Origin: Clostridiales bacterium
Lineage (GTDB): Bacteria > Bacillota > Clostridia > Lachnospirales > JAISER01
Reading direction: 5' to 3'
NCBI GenBank assembly: GCA_031263985.1
Contig: JAISER010000079.1
Span: forward strand, 750 to 64,749
DNA: 64,000 bases
The notes beneath the pieces were generated by a model. That model did not search any database. It saw only the letters and a list, made by a program, of their open reading frames with translations, and was not told the DNA's origin. Made by a program: the position numbers and the translations under genes. Below are positions 36,458-46,970 of this stretch, one piece after another. How positions within the stretch are numbered: the stretch's first letter is position 1; every line of letters starts with the position of its first letter.

Positions 36458-38191
36458 TTACGCTTTATCCTGTAAGGCGCCGTAGCCTTCTTCGCCGGTA
36501 CGGACTTTTATCACATTTTCCACATTGCTGATAAAAAGCTTGCCGTCACCGAAGTTTCCGGTGTAAAGCGCCCGTTTTACCGCGTCCACCAACGTAGGCA
36601 CAGGCACTTTGCAGATGACAATATCCAGTTGCGCTTTAGGCAGCAGTTTGGTTTCCACAGGCGCGCCGCGGTAATATTCCCTAGGATAACCTTTTTGCAT
36701 GCCGTATCCCATTACGCTGGTTATCGTCATGCCGGTAATGCCAATGGCTTCCAAAGATTCCTGCAATTTGGACAGTCTGTCATATCCGGTGATGATGGAG
36801 ACCTTTGTAATTTTTTCACCCGAACCCGCCGTATTGACAATCGGAATGGCTTGTTCCACAGGGATCGCCGGTTTAGGCGGATTTACGGTGATCACTTCAT
36901 CGTCATCCGCCAGAATGCTCACCGCCGCGGCGAAGTCGGGATACGCTTTGTTTCCATGTTCACCAATGTCAAGACCATCTATCTCTTCTTGAGCGGTTAC
37001 GCGAATGCCAATGGTTTTTTTCAGAACGAACCACACCAGCGCGGAGGCCGCAAATCCGAAAACCGCGACGGCGAGAGCGCCAAACGCCTGAATGCCGAGT
37101 AATCCAAGGCCTCCGCCATAAAAAAGACCGTTGGCGGGGGACAATGTGGTTATGCCTTCTTTTGCGAAGAAACCGATTGCTAATGTGCCCAAAATGCCGC
37201 ACGCTAGATGAACGCTGGTCGCGCCGACCGGGTCATCAATTTTAGCCCTGTCAAACGCGAGAACCGCGAACACCACGGCGACGCCGCCAATCGCGCCAAG
37301 GAGCAAGGAGACCGGAATGCTCACATAGGCTGCGCTGGGAGTAATAATGACCAAACCCGCGAGACATCCGTTGATGGTCATGCCAAGATCCGGTTTGCCG
37401 ATTTTGAGCCAACTGGTCACCGTGGACATCAAAATGCCTACAATCGCCGCCGTGTTTGTCGTAAGCAGCACATGGGCCACGTCATCCGGGTTTGCGAAGC
37501 TTAGAGTGGAACCGGGATTGAAACCAAACCAGCCAAGCCACAGTACAAATACGCCGATAACCGCCAAGCTCATGTTGTGCCCGGGAATCGCTCTGGGTTT
37601 ACCGTCTTTACCATATTTGCCGATACGCGGTCCAAGAAGGATCGCGCCCGCCAAGGCCGCCCAACCGCCCAGCGAATGTACCACGGTCCCCCCGGCGAAA
37701 TCTTGGAAGCCTAGCTTCGCCAGCCAACCGCCGCCCCAAATCCAGTGTCCGACAATGGGATAAATCACTAATGTCAGGGCAAACGAAAAGATAATGAAGG
37801 CTACGTATTTCACGCGTTCCGCCACCGCTCCGGAAACAATCGTAGCCGCCGTACCGCAAAACACAAGCTGCCAAAAAAACTTGACCCAAAACGTAATTGG
37901 GGAACCCAAAAGCAAAGTGTCGGGGTTAGTGTAATACGCGGGAATGTCACCGAGGATCCAGAGGTTCCTCGTGCCGACGAAAGGGTTGTCGCCGCCAAAC
38001 ATCAGACCAAAACCCAACAGCATGAAGCCGAGCGAAGAAACGGCGAACACAATAAAGTTTTTGCTTAGGATGTTGACCGTGTTCTTTGAGCGGGCCATTC
38101 CTGATTCTACCGACGCGAAACCAAGGTTCATCCAAAAGACCAAAAACGCCGCCAGCATTACCCAAAAGGTATCAATAATAACTTGAGACAT
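36458..38191 (-). CDS. Ammonium transporter (Amt/NrgA) fused to a C-terminal PII (GlnK/NrgB-like) domain
   Basis: Single 577-aa ORF. Residues 1 to about 410 are polytopic Amt. The last about 115 aa are PII-like (GYGMQKGYPREYYRG T-loop, GDGKLFISNVENVIKVRTGEEG). Confidence 0.85.
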   Translation of the reverse strand: MSQVIIDTFWVMLAAFLVFWMNLGFASVESGMARSKNTVNILSKNFIVFAVSSLGFMLLGFGLMFGGDNPFVGTRNLWILGDIPAYYTNPDTLLLGSPITFWVKFFWQLVFCGTAATIVSGAVAERVKYVAFIIFSFALTLVIYPIVGHWIWGGGWLAKLGFQDFAGGTVVHSLGGWAALAGAILLGPRIGKYGKDGKPRAIPGHNMSLAVIGVFVLWLGWFGFNPGSTLSFANPDDVAHVLLTTNTAAIVGILMSTVTSWLKIGKPDLGMTINGCLAGLVIITPSAAYVSIPVSLLLGAIGGVAVVFAVLAFDRAKIDDPVGATSVHLACGILGTLAIGFFAKEGITTLSPANGLFYGGGLGLLGIQAFGALAVAVFGFAASALVWFVLKKTIGIRVTAQEEIDGLDIGEHGNKAYPDFAAAVSILADDDEVITVNPPKPAIPVEQAIPIVNTAGSGEKITKVSIITGYDRLSKLQESLEAIGITGMTITSVMGYGMQKGYPREYYRGAPVETKLLPKAQLDIVICKVPVPTLVDAVKRALYTGNFGDGKLFISNVENVIKVRTGEEGYGALQDKA

Positions 38192-38238
38192 AAGCGCTCT
38201 TCCTTTCTTTTTTTAAATTTGATAATATTAAAATTGGC

Positions 38239-38281
38239 AAAAAAAAGGCGCTGTGTATTCCGTTTTGGAATACGCAGCGCC
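38239..38281 (-). terminator. Terminator-type hairpin in the leader of the amt-PII gene
   Basis: The minus strand reads GGCGCTGCGTATTCC-AAAAC-GGAATACACAGCGCC followed by T8. It lies 48 nt upstream of the start codon. Confidence 0.55.
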
Positions 38282-38302
38282 TTTGCTACCTTCTAGATAT
38301 AA

Positions 38303-38331
38303 AAAATAACACACTATTTATGTTTTGTCAA
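38303..38331 (-). promoter_or_regulatory. Candidate promoter upstream of the leader hairpin
   Basis: TTGACA-N17-TATTTT on the minus strand. Confidence 0.35.
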
Positions 38332-38405
38332 TAGCCACACCGCGCGGAACCACAGTCACCGTATTTACATTTTTATAAAGTAAAGTAATACGGTAAAGTA
38401 TACGT

Positions 38406-38568
38406 ATGAATAAAAACATGAAAAAGCTGATGAAATCAGCGGAATCTGCACCGATAGATATTTTGGTCATCGCGTTTTGCGCGATAAGCTGTGGAGCGCA
38501 GACTTACCTCGAATTAGAGATATTTGGTAAGGCGAAGTATCGCTGCCGAATGGCATTTCAGACGCTGG
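38406..38568 (+). pseudogene. ISAs1-family (H-repeat type) transposase N-terminal fragment
   Basis: Reads MNKNMKKLMKSAESAPIDILVIAFCAISCGAQTYLELEIFGKAK, then LPNGIS in a shifted frame. Cut off by the IS630 remnant. Confidence 0.45.
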
Positions 38569-38685
38569 TATAGTTGAATGCCATTAAAACAGTAACGCAA
38601 ACAATCATCAAAACTATCAAAATAAATAAATCGTTCCTGAGCTTGCTTTTAAGCCATGCCCAAAAATTCTCAATTGAGTTATACC
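38569..38685 (-). mobile_element. IS630-family remnant (terminal 117 bp, same family as 15325..16224)
   Basis: TATAGTTGAATGCCATTAAAACAGTAACGCAAACAATCATC... aligns to 15325..15440. Confidence 0.75.
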
Positions 38686-38822
38686 ATCATATCCGCTAGT
38701 TCCGTGATCCCGCTCAGCGCCGCTCCCATGACCATTATCAGCGCATCGGCTAAATTAGGTTCGACATAACTCACGCGCCTTCTATCCTTTGTTTCCTTAA
38801 ATTTCTCACGTATATTTTCCAT
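38686..38822 (-). pseudogene. Second ISAs1-like transposase N-terminal fragment
   Basis: Reads MENIREKFKETKDRRRVSYVEPNLADALIMVMGAALSGITELADMM and ends at the IS630 remnant. Confidence 0.4.
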
Positions 38823-39108
38823 TGTCCATCTCCTCCGCCATTACTTTAACATAATTTGGAGGACTTGAAGAAGTCATAGTATGAATATCCATAGCTGTCT
38901 TTCCTAGAAGGTCTTTGTTCATGCGGTCGACCACGATTGACGGGAAAAAGCGACCTGATCGCCTTAATCGGTTCCACATCATCATTTCCAACGCGAAAGC
39001 GTTTTCAACCGGACTTTTCACGAATCGCCGCGAAAAGTCCAAACGTTACCTTCTCCGCGGTTCTTTTCACATTTTTCATGCTTATATGTTTTCGCCAGTC
39101 ACTATATC

Positions 39109-40125
39109 TTACCAATCAGTCCGCCGTTCTTGATATGAAAACGTCATGCTGTCAACGACCTTGCGTCGTTCCGCTTCCCCATCCATTGATGTCGACATTA
39201 TCCGCACAAGCGTTACATGCTCATTGTCAGCGCGAATATAGTAATCATGATAAATTATCGCGTCATAACCATATACGATTTGCAATTCCCTGTGTTCAGC
39301 GAGCGTCTCGCGACCGGACAGCGTAAGTTTTTCGACGGCGATCAGGTCTTTCGCCATGTTTTCATCATAAACGTTGTACCGGTTGTTATATGGGTACATG
39401 GCGTCGGGCAATCCGCGTTCCGAAGAAAACCCATATAATCTAATCGCGCTAATATGAGGTTCGCTATGATAACTTGGTCCATCTAACTGCCAATTTTTTG
39501 CGTAGTATGTCCAGCCTGATGGGACTTTAATCGTTACGGCGTAATCCTTGTCCGCCGTTCCGCCGCCTGATATCCAGTACAATTCGTCGCCGCAATAATC
39601 TATCGAATTTATCGCGAAACTAACGGCGGTCGATTCCCTCTGAATGAACAGTTTTCTGGCATTGTCGTCCCAACTGACGTGATAGCCGAATTCTTTCATC
39701 GCTTCCGCGCCGATGAAAGTTTCGCCGCCTGTGTTATAGCTGACAATCTCTTTGCCGTTGAGCGTTGTTTTTATATCGGAGCTGTAATACCTCCCGGCTA
39801 CGCTTCCGGGAGAACCACGCTTCACGCTCAAAAGAGCGCCGTCCTCCGCTTCAAGCGTAATCATTGACGTTAGCTTGTCAACGATTTCAAGGCGTCTCTC
39901 TTTTGCAAGCCACGTTACTGTAAATCCATAACGCGCCATTGACTCCGCGTCAATGAGCGTAACGCCGCCGATATTTATGGAGTTTACGGGCGTATCCCAT
40001 AGATAGGTCACAATATCGGTATAGTAGTAGCTTCCTGCGGCGGCGCCCGGCGCAGCGGGGACGGGCGCTAAAATATTCAGCGTCAACGCGATAGTCATTC
40101 CTATAAACATCAATGTTTTTTTCAA
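39109..40125 (-). CDS. Secreted protein with two copper-amine-oxidase-N-terminal-like (stalk) repeats and an unknown C-terminal domain
   Basis: TTG start lies 5 nt after AGGAGGA. Signal peptide MKKTLMFIGMTIALTLNILAP. Contains repeats of the type YYTDIVTYLWDTPVNSINIGGVTLIDAESMARYGF. Confidence 0.65.
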   Translation of the reverse strand: MKKTLMFIGMTIALTLNILAPVPAAPGAAAGSYYYTDIVTYLWDTPVNSINIGGVTLIDAESMARYGFTVTWLAKERRLEIVDKLTSMITLEAEDGALLSVKRGSPGSVAGRYYSSDIKTTLNGKEIVSYNTGGETFIGAEAMKEFGYHVSWDDNARKLFIQRESTAVSFAINSIDYCGDELYWISGGGTADKDYAVTIKVPSGWTYYAKNWQLDGPSYHSEPHISAIRLYGFSSERGLPDAMYPYNNRYNVYDENMAKDLIAVEKLTLSGRETLAEHRELQIVYGYDAIIYHDYYIRADNEHVTLVRIMSTSMDGEAERRKVVDSMTFSYQERRTDW

Positions 40126-40405
40126 ATTTATCCTCCTATACAAGCGGTTTATTGTATTAACGCAACGCGAGCTCTCCTGTAACGCCAACCGCGCTTAATG
40201 AACTTTCCCTATTTCGCTTATTAATTCTCTAAATTAATTATTCAGCGTCAACGCGATAGTCATTCCTATGAACATCAATGTTTTTTTCAAATTTATCCTC
40301 CTATATTACAAGCGGTTTATTGTGTTAACGCAACGCGAGCTCTCCTGTAACGCCAATCGCGCTTAATGAACTTTCCCTATTTAGCTCATTAAATTCTCTA
40401 AATTC
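40076..40405 (-). repeat. Tandem duplication (2 x 165 bp) of the 5' end plus RBS plus upstream region of 39109..40125
   Basis: 40076..40240 and 40241..40405 are about 95% identical. The distal copy keeps the RBS, the TTG start and an 18-codon stub. Confidence 0.8.
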
Positions 40406-40470
40406 ATTATATAGTATCGCTATTTCGACTAAAAACGGTTTTTTGCTCCCATTTGAACTGTCGCAAACGA

Positions 40471-40538
40471 GCGCTGACAAAGCGTGGCCGGAAAATAAGC
40501 CAAAAGGACGCAAAATGGAGATATTAAACAAGTTCTAA
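40471..40538. repeat. MITE-like family A, left arm
   Basis: GCGCTGACAAAGCGTGGCCGGAAAATAAGCC...GGAGATATTAAACAAGTTCTAA. Confidence 0.65.
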
Positions 40539-40660
40539 AAGGCGCTCTTCAATAAAAGCTTGCGTTAATTACGGTTTATTCAAATAGCTATATTTTTATT
40601 TTCTTATCAATTGTTATATTTTAGTAGTTTTATGTTATACTAGTAAATGCTGAGCGCTAA

Positions 40661-41722
<1,062 letters not shown>

Positions 41723-42134
41723 ACGCGGATGAAGATTATGCGTCGCTAGGGTGTGGGTATGGAGAAGGACGCCGTCCGGAATAAGCCGTTATCCATCATA
41801 CGAAATTTGCAATGAAGATCATGAGGGCTTGCGCAAGCTCACCTTCGTTCTACAGCGAACTTTTATTTGTCACGCGAAAGTTAAAGATTTGATGATAATG
41901 GACCGCCGCTTCCTCGCGGGTTCGCAGTGGGCGGGCTTGGCGAGGAACGAAGCGGGGCGATAGACGGAGGCCTGTTTTTTGGCGGGGGACTGGCGATTAG
42001 CTCAGGTCCGAAGCGCTCCCGCCCCCCCCTCGCGTCCGAATGGACGCGACATGCCATTATCACTATAGCTGACTGTCAGGCGCCATCCTTATAAAGCGTC
42101 CGCGGCTGGAGCTATGCTCGGATACAGCGCTCTT

Positions 42135-43394
42135 TTACCGCAAAATATCCACGTTTACGCAGTTCGCTATCATATCCTCAAACGTATCTCCGCGGCGTAT
42201 AAGAACCGTTTCACCAGACGGGCGCACTAGAACTTCCGCGGGGCGCGCCCGCAAATTATAATTCGACGCCATAGCGTAACCATAAGCTCCCGCGTCAAGC
42301 GCGGCCACGATATCTCCAACGGCCACACGCCGGGGGATCTCTCTGTCTTTAGCTATATAATCGCCGCTTTCGCATATGTTCCCTACTATATGCGCCAATT
42401 CCGAACCGGAGGACAACTCACTGCCCTTTTTGTATATTTCCACGTCATGATGGGAATCGTACAGCGTCGGCCTTATAAGCGTTGTGAACCCTAGATCAGA
42501 GCCGATATACTTCTTACCGCCATTTTCCTTCACCGCGTTTACCGTTCCAAGCAAAACGCCGCATTCCGCGCTTATATACCGTCCCGGCTCAACGCGGAAC
42601 TGCAACTGGCGCCCCAACTCCGTATTAAATTTCCATATGACTTTCTCGAGGTTTTCGCTGAGCGCTTCCAAGTCCATGCGCTGTTCACCCGACTGCTTTT
42701 TATAAGGTATGCCAAACCCGCCGCCGAAGTCTATCATTTTAACGGATGGGAACTGTCTCGCTATGTCAAGCAGCGCGTTCGCGCCTTCAAAGTATTTGCC
42801 CGCGTCCATAAAAAGCGAACCGATATGTTGATTTACGCCAATTATCTCCATACCGCGTTTCCGGGCTATATCCGCGACCGTTTTCGCGTCCTCGGCGTTC
42901 ACGCCGAATTTTGTTTTTTTGCCGCCAGTAATGACTTTTTCACCGTGCCCGTCGCCAACTCCGGGATTAAACCTTACTGACACCTTGGCGCCGGGACTAA
43001 TTTCACCGATCAGTTCAAGTTGAGAAAGGCTGTCGGCGCTTATCAGCGCGCCTTTGTCCAAGGCGTACCGAAATTCATCCGCGCTAGCGTTGTTCGTAAT
43101 ATAAAATATGTCGGACGCGTCGAATCCGGCGGCAAGGCACGCGAAAATTTCGCCGCAGCTTACGGCGTCCACGCAAAATCCCTCGCTCTTTATTATCTTC
43201 AGCAGCGTTAAATTGCCGTTGGATTTCGCTGAATAGTTAGGAATATACCCTGCGTACGACGACAAAGTTTTAATTTCACGGCACCGTTCGCGTAATATCC
43301 TCTCATTATACACATATGCCGGCGAACCATATTCCGATATAATGTCGAACGGGTCAAGGCCCTGGTAAAAGTTGACGCTTTCAGTGACTTTCAA
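42135..43394 (-). CDS. lysA: Diaminopimelate decarboxylase
   Basis: 419 aa fold-III PLP decarboxylase (YSAKSN, FGGGFGIPY, CESGD). TTG start after GGAGGTG. Confidence 0.85.
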   Translation of the reverse strand: MKVTESVNFYQGLDPFDIISEYGSPAYVYNERILRERCREIKTLSSYAGYIPNYSAKSNGNLTLLKIIKSEGFCVDAVSCGEIFACLAAGFDASDIFYITNNASADEFRYALDKGALISADSLSQLELIGEISPGAKVSVRFNPGVGDGHGEKVITGGKKTKFGVNAEDAKTVADIARKRGMEIIGVNQHIGSLFMDAGKYFEGANALLDIARQFPSVKMIDFGGGFGIPYKKQSGEQRMDLEALSENLEKVIWKFNTELGRQLQFRVEPGRYISAECGVLLGTVNAVKENGGKKYIGSDLGFTTLIRPTLYDSHHDVEIYKKGSELSSGSELAHIVGNICESGDYIAKDREIPRRVAVGDIVAALDAGAYGYAMASNYNLRARPAEVLVRPSGETVLIRRGDTFEDMIANCVNVDILR

Positions 43395-43440
43395 TTCAAG
43401 ACACCTCCGCCGCGCTTAAAACAGCGCGAGTTTTGGCTGA

Positions 43441-43469
43441 ATTATACACCCGGAGACAAACCGTGTCAA
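43441..43469 (-). promoter_or_regulatory. Consensus sigma-A promoter of lysA
   Basis: TTGACA-N17-TATAAT on the minus strand, about 45 nt upstream of the start. Confidence 0.6.
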
Positions 43470-43496
43470 AAAATTTAACGCCTGCGTTCTAAAGGT

Positions 43497-43566
43497 GAGC
43501 GCTGGCGAAGCGTGGCGGAAAATAAGCCGAAAAGACGCGAAATGGAGATGTTAAACAAGCTTTTAG
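43497..43566. repeat. MITE-like family A, left arm
   Basis: GCGCTGGCGAAGCGTGGCGGAAAATAAGCCGAAAAGACGCGAAATGGAGATGTTAAACAAGC. Confidence 0.65.
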
Positions 43567-43982
43567 GGTTATTTTCGAACCGCTCCTAATATAGATATAG
43601 TGACCATGCACTTTTTTTATCGTCGTTAGTATAATTAGACTATACGAAAGTTTTCGCCGCTTTCGTATCTGCATCGGCGAAACTCCCCCTGTTTGACATA
43701 CATATGAACGGAGGTGAAACAGTTTGACGGGATATTGCGCGTTAAAGAAATTTCAGACGCATCTGTCAAACTTGAAGGGATTTTACGCCGCTTAAAGCGC
43801 ATGCATGTATGGGAAATCAGGTAAAGGTTCCAAACGCGAAAAAGCATCGCCCCATTCAAAAGAAAACAAGCGATCATAAAAAGCCGTTCCATGCCATTGC
43901 ATGAATGATTATCGCTATACGGCCGCGCCAGACTTACGGACAGCGGAATCTCTCTGACGTCAGATCTAAAGACAACTTGCTA

Positions 43983-44012
43983 ATGACCGCCGCATCGGCG
44001 GTCATTTTTTTT
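43983..44012 (+). terminator. Strong orphan intrinsic terminator
   Basis: ATGACCGCCG-CAT-CGGCGGTCAT followed by T8. No annotated plus-strand gene lies upstream. Confidence 0.65.
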
Positions 44013-44221
44013 CGCGTCCGCTTGCCACGCGAAACCAAATGACTTATAATCGCCATATCGTCAAATGAGACTAACGCCGAATTTAGGAATTGTTAAACAA
44101 TAACCGGCCCCGGCGTGAAAAAGACCGTTTGGCCGGCTTATTGTTTAAGGAGAAACCGCGGGAGACATTGCGGGACAAAATTGAACGTAACGACCATATT
44201 TACGGAGGAGACGATTGGACC

Positions 44222-44764
44222 ATGAGTAAAGCCATAATGATTTTAGCCCAGGACTTTGAGGAAACCGAAGCCATAACCGTGGCGGATATATTGCGCCGCG
44301 CCGGCGTGGATCTGCGGTTGGCGGCGTTGTCTGAACTTCACGTGACCGGCGCCCACGGCGTAACGATAGTCGCCGACTCGCTTTTCGCCGACGAGGGCGA
44401 CGGTTATGACGCCGTCATTTTGCCAGGCGGCCCCGGAGCCCGGCATTATTTACAGTCATCCAAACTTATGGAGGCGATAAAGCGTTATTTTAATGCGGGC
44501 AAGACGGTCGCCGCCATATGCGCGGCCCCGGCCGCGCTCGCCGCCGCGGGCATAATGGATGGCAAAAGCGCGGTGTGCTATCCAGGCTTCGAAGCTGACA
44601 TGAAAGGCGCGAAACTGACCGACGCGCCCGTCGTCGCGGACGGCGGCGTAATAACCGCGAAAGGCCCCGGCGCGGCCGTTCATTTCGGATTAAAGCTTAT
44701 CGAGGCGCTGGAAGGCGAAGCGGCCGCCAAAGAGATCTCCGAAAAATTTATAGCGTTTATTTAG
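44222..44764 (+). CDS. DJ-1/PfpI-family protein
   Basis: The nucleophile elbow AAICAAP and LPGGPG are present. Start at ATG 44222 (the ORF opens earlier, inside a MITE-C fragment). Confidence 0.8.
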   Translation: MSKAIMILAQDFEETEAITVADILRRAGVDLRLAALSELHVTGAHGVTIVADSLFADEGDGYDAVILPGGPGARHYLQSSKLMEAIKRYFNAGKTVAAICAAPAALAAAGIMDGKSAVCYPGFEADMKGAKLTDAPVVADGGVITAKGPGAAVHFGLKLIEALEGEAAAKEISEKFIAFI

Positions 44765-44852
44765 GATATTACGGTTTTATCGGGGAAAAAATAATAACAT
44801 TGTCGAAGTCACGGACAAGAGTTTCAAAAAAGCATCGGATGGAGTTTTCAAC

Positions 44853-45941
44853 ATGCGCGATAAACAGGACATGGACATAAAAGACGTGGACATGTATGAC
44901 ATTAAAAACAAAGCCGGAATGATATTGTCGCGCGATGTCACAACAACCGACGGCGTCATTCTTTTTCCGTGCGGCGCGAGGTTAAACGGCGTTGATACAG
45001 ACCTTTTAATTGAAAACGGCGTTGAACGAATATACGTTAAGGCTCTTTCGAACGTATCAAACGAAATCACATGTCTGCTCGAGCATAATTTAGACGACGA
45101 TCTATATAGGTTTAAAAAAGCTTACGACGGCGGCCGTGAAAAGGCGAGGCGGCACATCCTAGACATAAGCAGGGGAGCGACCGTGTCGATGAATGAGCTG
45201 TTTTCCATTACCGGCGATATCATGAGCGAGTTAAGCTGCAAGAGCGATGTTTTAAAATATATATGGCTGATGGAGCATTCTGATGAGCCGACGTTCGCGC
45301 ATAGCCTTAACGTGTCTTTGTTGTGCAATCTCTTCGCGTCGTGGATTAAGTTGAGTGAAGAGGAAACGTTATATCTTACGGTCGCGGGAATTTTGCATGA
45401 TGTGGGCAAGCTGCGCATACCTGACGCCATTTTGAACAAAACGGGCAAGCTCACCGACAAGGAATATGAAATTATAAAGAGGCATACGTTGGAAGGCTAC
45501 GACATTCTACGTGATGTCGCGATACCTGAAGAGATAAAAGCGGCCGCTCTGATGCACCACGAAAAGATAGACGGCAGCGGATACCCTTCGGGTCTCGCCA
45601 ACGGTTCCATCGTATGGCTGGCTAGGATTATAGCTATAGTCGATATATTTGACGCCATGACGTCAAACAGGGCTTACAGAGGTAAGATATGTCCGTTTTC
45701 GGTCATAAAAACATTTCAAAACAACGTTTACGGCGAGCTTGACACGGAATTTCTGCTTGTATTCCTGCGGAACATAGCGTACACTTACGTAGGCAGCCGC
45801 GTGAAGCTTTCAGACGAGCGCGAGGCGGAAGTCATCTTTATAAATCAGCGCGATTTATCCAACCCCATCGTTCGAACGACGGACGACGACATTGTGGATT
45901 TATCGGCTCATAGAGATCTGATCGTAGATTCTCTTATATGA
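44853..45941 (+). CDS. HD-GYP domain c-di-GMP phosphodiesterase-like protein
   Basis: HDVGK ... HHEKIDGSGYPSGL. Confidence 0.8.
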   Translation: MRDKQDMDIKDVDMYDIKNKAGMILSRDVTTTDGVILFPCGARLNGVDTDLLIENGVERIYVKALSNVSNEITCLLEHNLDDDLYRFKKAYDGGREKARRHILDISRGATVSMNELFSITGDIMSELSCKSDVLKYIWLMEHSDEPTFAHSLNVSLLCNLFASWIKLSEEETLYLTVAGILHDVGKLRIPDAILNKTGKLTDKEYEIIKRHTLEGYDILRDVAIPEEIKAAALMHHEKIDGSGYPSGLANGSIVWLARIIAIVDIFDAMTSNRAYRGKICPFSVIKTFQNNVYGELDTEFLLVFLRNIAYTYVGSRVKLSDEREAEVIFINQRDLSNPIVRTTDDDIVDLSAHRDLIVDSLI

Positions 45942-45968
45942 CGGCTCGTCTTTCGGAAAGGACAATCA

Positions 45969-46931
45969 ATGACGGACGAAACGAACCTTAAAAATTTCGC
46001 CGCTGACTTTATCAGCGTAGAAACAGCGATTTCAAAGGCTGTGATCGGCCAAAAAGATATAATAAGAAACGTTCTGGCCAGCGTTATAGCGGGAGGTCAC
46101 GCGCTTTTGGAGGGGCTTCCCGGTCTTGGTAAAACGCACCTGGTAAAGTCTTTCGGCAAGGCGCTTGACCTGTCGTTTTCGCGTGTGCAGTTTACTCCTG
46201 ACCTTATGCCGGCCGATATAACGGGCACGGACGTTTACGAAAACGGCTTTTCATTCCGCAAAGGGCCTGTATTTACAAACCTTCTGCTCGCCGACGAAAT
46301 TAACCGCGCCACACCGAAGACCCAAAGCGCCCTGTTGGAGGCCATGCAGGAAAAAACGGTTACCGTCGGCAAAAATACATATGACCTGCCGTTTCCGTTT
46401 TTTACACTGGCAACTCAAAACCCTATAGAGCTTGAGGGCGTCTATCCGTTGCCCGAAGCGCAATTAGACAGGTTCTTCATAAAGCTTGACGTCACGTTCC
46501 CCAGCCAAGACGAGCTTTTAGAGATTGTCAACATTACGTCCGGCGAAAACCCCGTATGGCCCGAAAAAACGATGGACAGCGAAAAGATAAAGGCCATGTC
46601 GCTCGCGGCGGCAAGCGCGCCTATGGCCAGAGCCGTAGGGGAATACGCCATGAAAATCGTTTTCAACACGCACCCGGACAAACCCTCTTCTCCGGAAACG
46701 GTTAAAAAATATGTTAGGTTCGGCGCAAGCCCCCGCGGAGCGCAGTCGCTTGTCGCGCTTTCTAAGATATACGCGCTTTTGGACGGCCGCTTTAACGTGG
46801 CGTACGACGACGTTAAAAAAGCCGCTCCGCACGTTTTGCGCCATAGAATCTCGCTTAATTTCGAAGCGGCGGCGGAAGGCGTTTCTTCGGACAATATAAT
46901 AGACGATATAATATCTGAAATCACACGATAG
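45969..46931 (+). CDS. MoxR-family AAA+ ATPase
   Basis: Walker A GLPGLGKT, Walker B LLADEINRA, 320 aa. Confidence 0.85.
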   Translation: MTDETNLKNFAADFISVETAISKAVIGQKDIIRNVLASVIAGGHALLEGLPGLGKTHLVKSFGKALDLSFSRVQFTPDLMPADITGTDVYENGFSFRKGPVFTNLLLADEINRATPKTQSALLEAMQEKTVTVGKNTYDLPFPFFTLATQNPIELEGVYPLPEAQLDRFFIKLDVTFPSQDELLEIVNITSGENPVWPEKTMDSEKIKAMSLAAASAPMARAVGEYAMKIVFNTHPDKPSSPETVKKYVRFGASPRGAQSLVALSKIYALLDGRFNVAYDDVKKAAPHVLRHRISLNFEAAAEGVSSDNIIDDIISEITR

Positions 46932-46970
46932 CGTTCGCGGAACGGAGATAAAACCTGAACGGAGGCTCTC

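Noticed and set aside
41751-42063. ORFs 41751..41963 (+) and 41881..42063 (-).
   Set aside because: They lie in the GC-rich repeat-like insert between gap and lysA. They are Arg/Pro/Gly-rich, as expected from GC-rich non-coding DNA.
43395-43500. A possible lysine riboswitch (L-box) upstream of lysA.
   Set aside because: The consensus promoter sits only about 45 nt from the start codon. The leader is therefore far too short for an L-box, and no conserved L-box helices are visible.
43635-43892. The 85-aa minus-strand ORF between lysA and the DJ-1 gene.
   Set aside because: It has no RBS and an odd composition, and it overlaps the region better explained by a plus-strand transcript ending at the 43983..44012 terminator.
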